From Spizellomyces punctatus DAOM BR117 (taxonomy: Eukaryota), in NCBI GenBank assembly GCA_000182565.2, contig KQ257455.1: DNA of 64,000 bases. One strand, given 5' to 3'. The position numbers and the translations under genes are program-made. Each line of letters opens with the position of its first letter. Positions within the stretch are counted from its first letter, which is position 1. The notes below the pieces were generated by a model. The model saw only the letters and a list, made by a program, of their open reading frames with translations, was not told the DNA's origin and made no database searches. This document shows, in pieces, positions 38,111-48,363 of this stretch.

Positions 38111-39078
38111 ATGGCGAAAAAAGGAAAGAAGGCTCTGGAAGTCCGTGATCTCCCACCAGGAGAGGAGGCAGCGTCCTCGACAACAAAAACTCTTGTGATC
38201 CCAGGCGATCACATTCCGATAAAAATTGAGAATTCGACGGGGCCTGCTCGGGTACGGGTGGGACCAGGATTGCATCAAGAACAGGGGGAGCTGGTGGCAG
38301 TAAAGGCTGGAATCTTGCAGCAAGGGAGCCAGAATAGATGGTGGGTTGAGGGTACGCAGAAAAGGGTAGGTAATTGGTATGCCGCTCGACGACTCCAGCG
38401 TGGAAGCTGACAGCATTGTAGTATGTCCCTGCCTTGGGAGAGTCCGTATTGGGCATAATTGCCTCCAAACATGGAGAGTTTTATCGAGTGGATATTGGGG
38501 CTGCCCACCCGGCGTCACTTCCCGTATTAGCCTTTGAGGGTGCCACAAAGCGAAATAGACCAAATCTGGAGGTATGTGGAAGTTTTCAGAAAGAGGTCGC
38601 CCAAACCGTCTTTTCGCACGATCGTTGATTGAACTCTACCTAGGTGGGATCATTAATATATGCACGAGTATCATTAGCGAACAAGGATATGGAACCAGAG
38701 CTTGACTGCATAGATCCGGCCACAGGAAAAGCTGGGGGATTTGGTGAGCTCAAAGATGGGTTCATGGTACGCTGTTCGCTTGGCATGGCAAGAAGGTCAG
38801 TATAGGGAATTTTTGATTCTTTTGAAAACTCAATCTCATCAACTCGGGCTAGATTACTTGATCCAAGAAGTCCGATTCTGCTTCGGCTAGCGGAAGCCTT
38901 CAAATTCGAGACGGCGGTGGGAATGAATGGACGGGTATGGGTGAACGCTGAGACGACACCGCACATTATAACGGTCGCGAGAGCCATTCAGGTGGCGGAC
39001 GGAGCTGCAGCTGGAGATGTTATGAGAAGGGTGGAACAAGTGCTCCGCACTCTAGACGACTTCATGGACAACAGTTGA
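38111..39078 (+). CDS. RRP40: Exosome cap subunit Rrp40
   Basis: GPGL, KRYVPALGESVLGII, YRVDIG, LAFEGATKRNRPNLEVGSLIYARV..ANKDMEPELDC, FETAVGMNGRVWV. Confidence 0.96.
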
Positions 39079-39280
39079 AGTTGGACCTAATATTTTTTCT
39101 TCTGTAATTACTGGAACCGCATGAGGTGCATTTCAATCCTGCCGAGGCAAGGATGTGAAAAATATTTATTCTCTATCCTCGGAGCACGAGAAATACTGGA
39201 GGGGCGTCTAACGTTTGAGGAGTGCCCGTAGGGACAACTAATTTGAATTCTAGTCTTCAGATGCTAGCCTAGTTACTGTG

Positions 39281-40615
39281 TTACAATTTGGGTGTCATGG
39301 CTTTGGCAACGCGGGAGGCGTTCTCTCGGCCCAACTTTTGCGATATCCAGTTCCCAACTTTGATGACTTCTGGCAGGCTCACACCGGTCTTGATACCGAG
39401 GCCCTCGAGAAGGTATAGAACATCTTCTGTAGCCACATTGCCGGTCGCACCTTTTGCGTATGGGCATCCGCCTGCATCGGAATAGATTAGTCTTGATGCA
39501 ACAACGATCGACGATAACTAATATGCATACCAAGTCCAGCCACAGAGCTGTCCACTACATGAATGCCATGCTACAGAAGTCGCGGTTGATAACTATTACA
39601 CAAATATTACTGCTTTAGAGGTACTTACCTGCAGCGCCATTGTAATATTGGCCACAGCTTGCCCGTAAGTGTCATGACAATGAACCGCAAGACATTCCAC
39701 AGGAATTACATCCTTCACTGCTTCTAACATTTTCGCCATCTTAAGGGGTGTACCTGGAACGGCGCATGAGGACAAGAGATTCGTGCGTGGTCATTTCCCC
39801 GCCCTGATGGCACTTTCATGTCGCACCTACGCCGATTGTGTCGCCCAAGGAAATCTCATAGCATCCCATGTCATATAGCTTTTTGGCCACAGTAGCTACC
39901 ATTTTGGGCGAAATGTCACCCTCGTAAGGACATCCAAGGACAGTGGAGACGTATCTGAACTCTGATATCAGCCATTTCATTTGACAACGACAAGCACGAT
40001 TCTAGTGATGTACGTACCCTCGGACCCGAAGTCCCTCCCTGATCGCCTTTTGACATACTTCTTCAAATCTCTTCAAACTCTCGTCTATCGAGCAATTAAT
40101 GTTCTTCTGACTAAACGACTCTGACGCCGCGCCAAAAATGGCCACCTCTTCGGCTCCTGCTGCAATGGCTGCTTCCAGGCCTTTCAAGTTCGGTGTAAGG
40201 ACTGGGTAAGTTACACCTTTGCGTCGCTGGATTCCTGTCAGCACTTTTGGGGCGTCCGCCATCTGTGGAACCCATTTCGGAGATACAAAGGACGTCGTTT
40301 CTATCACTGGAAGTCCAGTAGCACTCAGACGATCGATAAACTCAATCTTGACTTCTGCCGGAATCATTGTTTTTTCATTTTGGAGACCATCCCTTGGTCC
40401 TACTTCAACGATCTTGACATAATCTGGGACAATCTGGGACGCCGGTGCACGGTCAGTTGAGACTTCCAAGTTTTCTCGCGACTCCATGGGACGGATACGA
40501 TCTCCCAACTCACCCTTTGCTGAGCTGACAGTGTCAGTCGACGGGCAACAAGCTGCTGGTGGCCTCCAAAAGGCCGTAAGACTGCGGGCAACGCAACACG
40601 CATAGTCCGCATCAT
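39281..40615 (-). CDS. HMGCL: Hydroxymethylglutaryl-CoA lyase
   Basis: [79 protein letters not shown]. Mitochondrial presequence. C-terminal PKL. Confidence 0.96.
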
Positions 40616-41055
40616 CTTGTAAAGTCCGCCGTGGAGTACCAGTTACAACTGGACATGATCGTTGGATGAATAAGCGTACACTGCCGCGCTCACGCGACCT
40701 GCTGACTCAGCCAATGGCCGACAGTGGCAACGGCGATTGTCAGATATCTGCAAGACGAAATAAGGGGAATAAAGAAGTGTTTTTATGATATTCTCAAGAG
40801 GAACGGGCAATAAGAAATAGATCACTCTCAAATCGTTCAGGTCGTCGGCGTCTGCGCTTTGCAACGACGGGTTAACTTGCTAATGGGTGATCGCATTAGC
40901 TGAATCAACCACTGCTGTTTTCCAAGGGATATGAACTCTGTCCAGCATTGATCCCAACAGTGGGTTTCATGCCACATCATTGTCTTCTGGGCATTGTTGG
41001 CCGCTTGGCATCTTCAACCTAATCGTCGTTTTGGAGAATAATCACGTGCGTAAGC

Positions 41056-41679
41056 TTACCTACAGGATGCTGGTGTCGCGTCCATCGATCTAGTTTGCTC
41101 TCGTGAACTTTGCCAAAGCCCTAGGAAAGATGGTCTAGTCATTGCTGCCAGTACTCGTTTTGAGCCATGGCTAGCATTAAATCCTTTAAAGTCACCGCAT
41201 CTCTTCAGCTTTGTTTTCTTTTCTTCGATCTGCTCATCACACTTTTGGGTGAGACGGCTCGCCATCGGTTTTTTACCTTGATTGTTGCCTACATGTTAGT
41301 AGAGTCCCAGTAGATGCCACAGTGCTGCTGACAAAGTGTAAATATATGCTCAACAACTTCATTTTGTTTCCAGTGTCCAACTGCTCTTTCTTGCCGCCAA
41401 TGTCCTCCTCTTGTTTATACGGTTTGCAGCAAGCTACCCGTTTCGCGCGGGTATGCTGCGTATCATGATGAATGAGTTCTCTGGTGCATTGTGGGCCAGT
41501 CTTGCATATCTGGTCTTCTTTGCAATTTGCCGGGTTTCCGGGCTGGTACGTCTGTAGCTAACTCTTTGGAAAAGTGGTGTACACCTGTTCCTTACCGTAA
41601 TTGGGCGATTACAAGCTTCTGATGGCCCCCTGCGATGATGGACGGTGTGATTTTTGGACGAACGGATATATGGCGGCAT
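41056..41679 (-). CDS. Possible lineage-specific hypothetical gene (partial model)
   Basis: ATG 41679. A GTAAGG..CTACAG intron leads into a long open frame (TYQPGNPANCKEDQICKTG...). A further open stretch lies at 41056-41290. No known motif. Confidence 0.3.
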
Positions 41680-42179
41680 ATACTTTCTTTCGAATAGGTC
41701 AGTTCAAGCATTTTAGGGGGTAGCCCTTAAACTAATTCCTGTCTTTTACACAGCCGAGATGGTCTACTACTTTTACTACCTGCGCGCAATAATACAGCTC
41801 TGCGATCCAAAGTATGTTGCATCGGTGCGGCTGGATATAGATATTGGCACTAATCCACCTTTCATTCTCAGATATTACCGAGACTCTGCTTGGTTGCGCG
41901 AAAAGATGCGTTTAAATGACATGAAAAGATTTGCTCGCAAATAAAGAGACAAGATGTCTATATACATGTACCAATATTGAAGGCTATTTAAAAGCAGAAT
42001 ACAATACGATCCATGCTGGCGGGACAGCGGGCCAAGTGAAGTGTGAATACGGCTCTCAACAATTAAGATTTCCCATCAAGTGGTTTCTCTAATAAATTAA
42101 AGCACCGACCGCCGCTTGCCAGCGCCTGAATATCGGCGAACAGGGAGAAGTAAACGTCACGTTGAGTCTCTGGCACCAA

Positions 42180-42589
42180 TTAAAACCTGTTGCGGGGTTC
42201 ACGGGGAGGACGATCAGGCATTTCTGTAGCTTCGTTAACCTGTGCAACGGAAATATAAGTCATCCGGATGTATAGTCCCATTCAGACTTTCTCTCACGTA
42301 CCCTCAAATCCCGACCCTTGAAGTTGCTACCATTGAGCGAGCTGATGGCCTTGAGAGCATCCTCCTCCTCCATTTCCACAAACCCAAAGCCACGGCTTCG
42401 CCCTGTAGCACGGTCAATCATGACTCGAGTGGCCTTGACTTCACCGTACTGAGCAAAGAGGGCAGAAATTTCGTCAGTCCGTGCAGCCCAGGGGAGGTTG
42501 CCCACAAAGATGCGCTTGGTAGACATGAGCCGGATGGAGAAGGCTGTTGGCCGAAAGGCGGCAGCGACGTTGCGTGTGATGGGAAGCAT
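42180..42589 (-). CDS. Single-RRM RNA-binding protein with a mitochondrial-type presequence
   Basis: RNP2 IFVGNL, RNP1 RGFGFVEM. Second exon VNEATEMPDRPPREPRNRF*. N-terminus MLPITRNVAAAFRPTAFSIRL is Arg-rich and acid-free. Confidence 0.92.
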
Positions 42590-42763
42590 TGCGTTTTAGA
42601 TGTTGATAATTATTTTTACCAAAATCTGGTTTTGGTTGAACTTTTCGGAAACCATTCACGTTGAAAATACCGCGACCAATGAAACGCATCGTGGCTTATG
42701 GAAACCGCGAAAGGAGCGATCGGTCGACATGACCAATTTACAGAAATTCATTTCCTCGCAAGC

Positions 42764-44512
42764 ATGAGAAAACGCCAACGCATTTCACTAGAATTGAGTG
42801 CTGGAGGTCGGCGAAGGCCAGTTTTGCAGCTTGACCGTCCTCTGGCCGCTCCATCCTCGGCATTAGCAACTCGCACACAGCCCAATTCTGCTCCCGTCAA
42901 AGGTTTGCATTCACACATAAATCCCGAGTTTTCACTATGCCACAATATAGCACCAGTTGGCTGCGAGATTGGAACGGCGTGTGAAGTCGCTTTGCGTTGT
43001 ATGCTTCAGAGGGTCTCACACACGAAAGGACGCGGCGGAGTATAAGTTTTTGCCCGAGCCCTGCTGTTTGTTGTGATTGTCTAAATGTCCGTTTCGATCT
43101 GCAATATGCTCTTTTTTATATGAAAAGCAACCGAAGCGGTAACTCAATTGGCTGGTTTGAGTGCCTACGATGATAGCGACGAGGAAGATGATACAACGCA
43201 TGGAAATCATCAAGGTAGGGTGCCATGGGTGTGAAGCGAAATGGATCTCGAATGTATTTGCAAGGGTTGTTGCTCTGATGCAAAAGAGAACAAACGTTTG
43301 TAAGAGTCGGAGCTGAATCCTAAGTGCCCACTTGCAACATGGCGTTCGCGGCAGCGCACGCACATTTGCCATAAGCAAATGTGGAGCATGTCCTTGTGTC
43401 GCAACAGAGTGGGTGGGACTGATCTCTGGCTTTCTTCCTTTACGGAAAGGTATAGTTGGCGTGGCTATGAGGAGAGGCCCACAAAAGACAATAATAGAGG
43501 AACACGGCTGATTGAGCTCTGCTGTGATTCAATTCATCGTACAGGTCAAGCTGCAGAAAAGCCTGGTGACATGGATGCAGTGTTTGCGGACTTTATATCA
43601 GAAATTAACGCCATGTCTGACCCTTTCACTCAAACACTGTCCGAGGCTACCTCAATTGGATCATCATCAGGCATCTCCTCACATACCAAATCCGCGAGTG
43701 GGCCTGCAACTTCTGTAAAACCCAAAGAATCTCGATCCCCTGATCGGCCGCTTGTCGCTCTCTCATCATTGCCTCCAAAGTTTGCAACCGCATTGATCAA
43801 ACCTAGCCGTTCATCTCCACTGCATCGCCGCACCAATACCCTTCTATCGAAAATTGCCAACCTGCTCGCCCTCGGTCCTGACATGCTTCCAGTAGAGCTC
43901 GAGAACGTGACTGCCTGCCAAAAAGAACTCACGTCCCGATTTCTGGATTGGACTCGAGGGGCGCTGCATAGTGGGTACTTTGAAGAGATCTTAAAGCATT
44001 GGGAGGTGGAAGTTGTGCCGGCTGTGGAGAATCGTGTCGCGCCGCATGGATGGTCTCTGGAGTGGGACGCACGGAGCGAAGCATACAGTTTCAAGTGCGC
44101 GGAAACCGATGATATAAGGTGGTCTCATCCTCTGAAGAAGGAAATGGCTGAAATTTCGACTCCCGTTCCGCCGCCTCTTCCCCCACCCCCGCCACCTCCT
44201 CCTCCTCCACCTCAACCTGAGGACGAGCAGCAGAATAGGAAGGAAGTGCATATGGCCAACAGTGCACACCCAAGTAAAAAAGTGGTGAGTACCTGGGTGA
44301 GGGTCGAACTATTAGAAGCAATTATTCAATCTTCATTACGATAGACAACTTTGTTTCAAAAATGGAAGGCGGCCGGTGCAGAGCTCATGAAGGATACCGA
44401 TGAAACCACGGCGCCTGAAGATTTAAACAACTGGGCAAAACGACAGATGCAAAAGGACGCAGTGGCCTTCAATCCAAATTTTACGCCAGTGCAGCCACGT
44501 ACGCGCCGTTGA
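42764..44512 (+). CDS. FNBP4: Formin-binding protein 4 (FNBP4)-like WW-domain protein
   Basis: GRRRPVLQL, GLSAYDDSDEED, DMDAVFADFISEINAM, RFLDWTRGAL, WW domain PHGWSLEWD...IRWSHP, polyproline tract, LFQKWK, FNPNFTP. These blocks occur in the same order as in recalled animal FNBP4. Confidence 0.78.
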
Positions 44513-44658
44513 CATTGTTCCCTTGAACATTCATGGTTTATCCAAATTCAAGCATGAGCAAGGGTTTGGACTGATTATGTAGATATAAATAAAATCCTAA
44601 AATACAAAGTGGAAAGCGTCGGTAACGTTTACTGTCCGGCTTTGCAGCAAAGAAAGGA

Positions 44659-46263
44659 TCATCCTCCGCCCTTCTTTCTCTTTTCTTTGCTAAATTTCCC
44701 ACCTCGATATGCGCGTCCTTTACTGTTTGCACGCGGCGGTTGAGTTTTTCCTTTTTTTCCCTTACCGGACTTTGCCGGGCGGCTGCCTTCATTATCCGCA
44801 CGCTGGCGCCAATTACCTTCACTTCCGTTACTTGGTGGCGCTGTCGATGGGTGGAAAACGTCCTGGTGCCTTCCATTTTCGTATCGTTGGAAGTCTCTTT
44901 GATCGCTTGTCGTGACAGGGTGTCTCGAAGATGTGCCAGTTCTACCTTGATAAAATCCATATGAATCGTGTCCAGGTTCGCGATCTCTATAGGATTGACG
45001 ATGTGGTTGTCCTTCATGCACTGGAAGGTCGTCTGATCTATGCTGATGGTAACCAGAATGTTGGGGCACATAGGGTTGTGAGTGATAACCCCAAGTCTGC
45101 TGAGACTCGAATCTCTGAAAGGATTCGCGATCTCTATAGGATTGACGATGTGTTTGTCCTTCATGCACTGAAAGGTCGTCTGATCTATGCCGATGGTAAC
45201 CAAAATGTTGCGGCATATACGCCTGTGAGTGATAACCCCTACTCTGCTGAGGCTCGAATCTTTGAAAGGGTGGCTGAGGATGTGTTGTTCTATCCATTCT
45301 TGACTGATGTGCATTCTGCGCCGCCCACGGTGGCCTCTCCTCGTCACTTGAAGACAAACTATGATCTGCAAGCCGCGGGCGATCTTTGGTAAATCTCGAA
45401 ATCAATTCTTCATCTTCAGTATCCTGTATTGCAAACTGTTCATGCGGGTGCGTTGCCTTTCCAGTGTCTGCGACATGGAATGCGGGATGCGTTTTAAAGT
45501 ATTCTCGTACATCCGTCACATCGCTCTGGCGTAGCGCGTCCAGGTATTTTATCAAACTTAGCAGCGAGGTATCGTTTATGCAATCAAAATTGGGATCGCA
45601 CACTGTGAACGTTGGAAGGTGCAAGCAGTTTGCGGGAGTGAAGGATGCCTTTGACGATGTATCGTCAATTAAGATGGTATTTCGCTAAAAATTGCAAGCA
45701 GTATGTCACAAATGGATCATTTCAAGAAGATGCAAACATGTAGAGTATCCCTACCTCTGTCCATCGTCCGTGTGGATTGACAGTCCGATCAGCCCACACT
45801 TTGCGAAGATCTTTCTTTGCTTCCCAGTCCCGATCTCGACCTCCAATATCGCTACAATGCGATCTGTTCCATCCAAATGCCAGCTTCGACGCATAATCAC
45901 CAAAAATATGGCTGAACATAGGATCCGCATTTTTTGGCATTGCCGAGGTCCAAGCTGCGACCTCAAAGTGTTGGAAAATGTGATCGATGAATGTGTCCAA
46001 ATACGGGCGATAGTAGCATCTGCCAGGTGCAAAACAAGGTTCAGAGATGCGACAAATGACAAGTGCAAAGCATCGACCTACCTTGCTCTGTTGAGTCGAA
46101 AGTTTGGTGCTTCAGGGCAAAGTGGGTTCGCCCTTGCGGCTCTTTTCTCTGCCGTTTTCTTGACTCTCTCCAACAGCGTTCCGTTGATATCAAGAATGAG
46201 AAGGATGGTACGTCGTTTTGTACCCGACATTTTTCGCCGTTTGCGCTCGCGGGATTTGGCCAT
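44659..46263 (-). CDS. FCP1/NIF-family HAD phosphatase-like protein with a low-complexity C-terminus
   Basis: LLILDINGTLLER, RPYLDTFIDHIFQHFEVAAWTSA, KKDLRKVW, NTILIDD..SK. RG/K-rich tail. Confidence 0.88.
44977..45270 (-). repeat. 147-bp (49-codon) tandem duplication in the NIF phosphatase tail
   Basis: Units 44977-45123 and 45124-45270, both encoding FQRFE.QQ..GYHSQ.Y.PQH.GYH.HRSDDL.VHEGQ.HRQSYRDRE. Confidence 0.93.
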
Positions 46264-47099
46264 TTCTTGAGATCTCTGGTAGGAAAATGCCAAAACGATC
46301 ATCAAAAGTTTGGCTGCTTGGTCATCATTTCACGTGACCCAATGCATTCCAGTCATGTGACCACGATCGCAGAGTGCAACTCAAGTCGTTGTTGGTTGAA
46401 CTCTAGCAGAAGAAGCTGATAACGAGGTGATTAAACCAGTGCAGGGGAACTCTACCCGTCATGGAACTCAGAAGCCCGACAGTTGGCCAGCCGATGGTAA
46501 AAGCGCTGTCGAACGATCCGTTTTATTGATTCCTGATGCCCACTGTAGAGGACATAGTGGAGGGGATTCTGACTTTACGATCCTCTTGTCGCCTCGCTCA
46601 AGTTGCCACCAACCTCGCGGGTAATGTGCTTTGCTTGCTTGAATTTGGAGATTCAAGAAGGGAAGTACATCCATACATTCCTTATCATGAAAGAAAGGAT
46701 TACGGTGGAGGGGGAGCGTACAGCAACCATTTATTTGCGACTAGATTATTTTTAACATTGCTTGGACTAGTTACTTTTTTGCTCATATTCGCCTCGTTGT
46801 CTCAAGGTTAATATCACAACTGCTATGGGCACCGATCTTCGTCCCGTTTTTGCTTGATCGTTGCTTCTTACGGTCTTGTCCCGCCATTATGATGGTATCT
46901 GGATGGCCGTATCGCTCAGATTTTATAATATGTTTCTTCCCATAATGCAATTATCAATGTACTTTCTCTTTTCCACATATTCGTCTCGAACTTGGAGCTA
47001 GCAAAAATCACGCGAGTCCAGTATAATACTTTGGCAGGTTTGCCAAGTGATCTAATGCAATATCTTGTCCAAACATCAGAGATCGCAGCAGGGAAAGCA

Positions 47100-48196
47100 A
47101 TGTTGTCGCGGACCTTTGGCCCATCACGGCGTTGCGCATTTCTTCCAGCAAAGATCCTCCAATGCACGCGCGCACTCAAACCCCAACGGCCGGCAGGAGC
47201 ACCGTGGTTGCCAACCACCATTTTCGCAGCAGCAACTCCTATAGGCACCGACCCATCCTTCAGCTTCTCCCCAATTGCATTCATTGAAACAGCTTTGACC
47301 CAAGTCCACTCTGTAACAGGTTTCCCATGGTGGCTTACAATAGTCAGTTGTACTGTGGCTCTGCGAGCCACATGCACACTTCCTCTGGCAATTCAACAAA
47401 GACGCCGAGTAGCGAGGCTAGCAGAACTGCAACCCATCTTGAAAGCGTGGGAAGGAACATTTCGGCAGCAGATGAAAGCACAGAGAGGGTCAAGATCGCT
47501 TCTTGCTTTGAACAAGGCTCAGATAACTGTATGTGGTGCCTGTTTCGTCCTCTTTCTCTTCACACTCTGATCATAGTTTTTTGGTCTTTTCGAAGTATAA
47601 ACAAAAAGTGCGCGAGCTTTACCGAACATACAACTGTCATCCCATAAAAACCATCATTTTACCATGGGTGCAAATTCCTTTGTGGATCACTGCGTCACTT
47701 GCCTTGCGGCGAATGGCTGCATTTCCAGCGCCTTGGCTAGAGACCCCAATGGCCGCAATAGAAGGATTTACGACGGGAGGCACGGCTTGGTTTGTTGATT
47801 TGGCGGCGCCAGATCCTACCATGATTGTCCCCCTCACGATTGGATTTCTGCACTTGATGAATGTCGAGGTACGGTACTGCTCTTGAAACGTATATAACGT
47901 ATGTTGGGCGATAGCTGATGTTATAAATAGTTGAACAAGTCTATCGTCAACTTGGGAGGTCGGAAGGATCACCCTCTGATGACATTTCTCTTCCGGTGCT
48001 TGTCCATTGTTATCATTCCCGTCGCGACACAAGTTCCGATGGTATGTGGGCATTTGTCCTTATCGTCATCTCATGTGAATCATTAACAGTCGCTCTACGC
48101 CAGGCGCTAAGCTTGTATTGGGCAACCTCGGCGGCGTTCAGCACGACGCAAAATATTGGTTTTTGGCTCTTGAAGCGATACCGAAACGCCCCATGA
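47100..48196 (+). CDS. COX18: Cox18/Oxa2 (YidC/Oxa1 family) mitochondrial insertase
   Basis: Presequence, VHSVTGFPWWLTIV..TVALRA..TLPLAI.Q, YNCHPIK..ILPWVQIPLWITASLALRRM, WFVDLAAPDP, ALSLYWATSAAFS. No Oxa1-type C-terminal ribosome-binding tail. Confidence 0.88.
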
Positions 48197-48363
48197 GCTT
48201 GCACGATGTGTCCTCGGAAGGCCGTCAATCATGTAATGTTAAAAAGTATTTACGTATTTATGCATATAGAAGGGTGCATGAACGGTTCCACTCGTATGAG
48301 GACATGATAGGCTAATTCTTTGTTTAATTGCCATGTGTATATACAATCGCACCTGTACTTATT

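Noticed and set aside
40700-40711. TGCTGACTCAGC Maf/ARE-like element upstream of HMGCL
   Set aside because: Adequately explained as an AP-1/Gcn4 core. A single occurrence is no evidence of a Maf/CNC system.
41825-41860. Short resemblance (TAGTGCCAATA...CCGCAC on the minus strand) to my recollection of a chytrid Fanzor omega-RNA end
   Set aside because: Only about 11 nt match, which is chance level. No terminal inverted repeats, no scaffold stem and no TnpB/Fanzor ORF in the window.
44977-45270. Direct repeats as a possible CRISPR array or LTRs
   Set aside because: Two adjacent in-frame coding units with no spacers or element features.
44538-45371. 277-aa alternative-frame ORF overlapping the NIF phosphatase tail
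   Set aside because: Partly explained by the 147-bp duplication and low complexity. No independent start or motif.
46536-46811. 91-aa ORF with a hydrophobic C-terminus upstream of COX18
   Set aside because: No motif or convincing splice model, so it cannot be supported as a gene.
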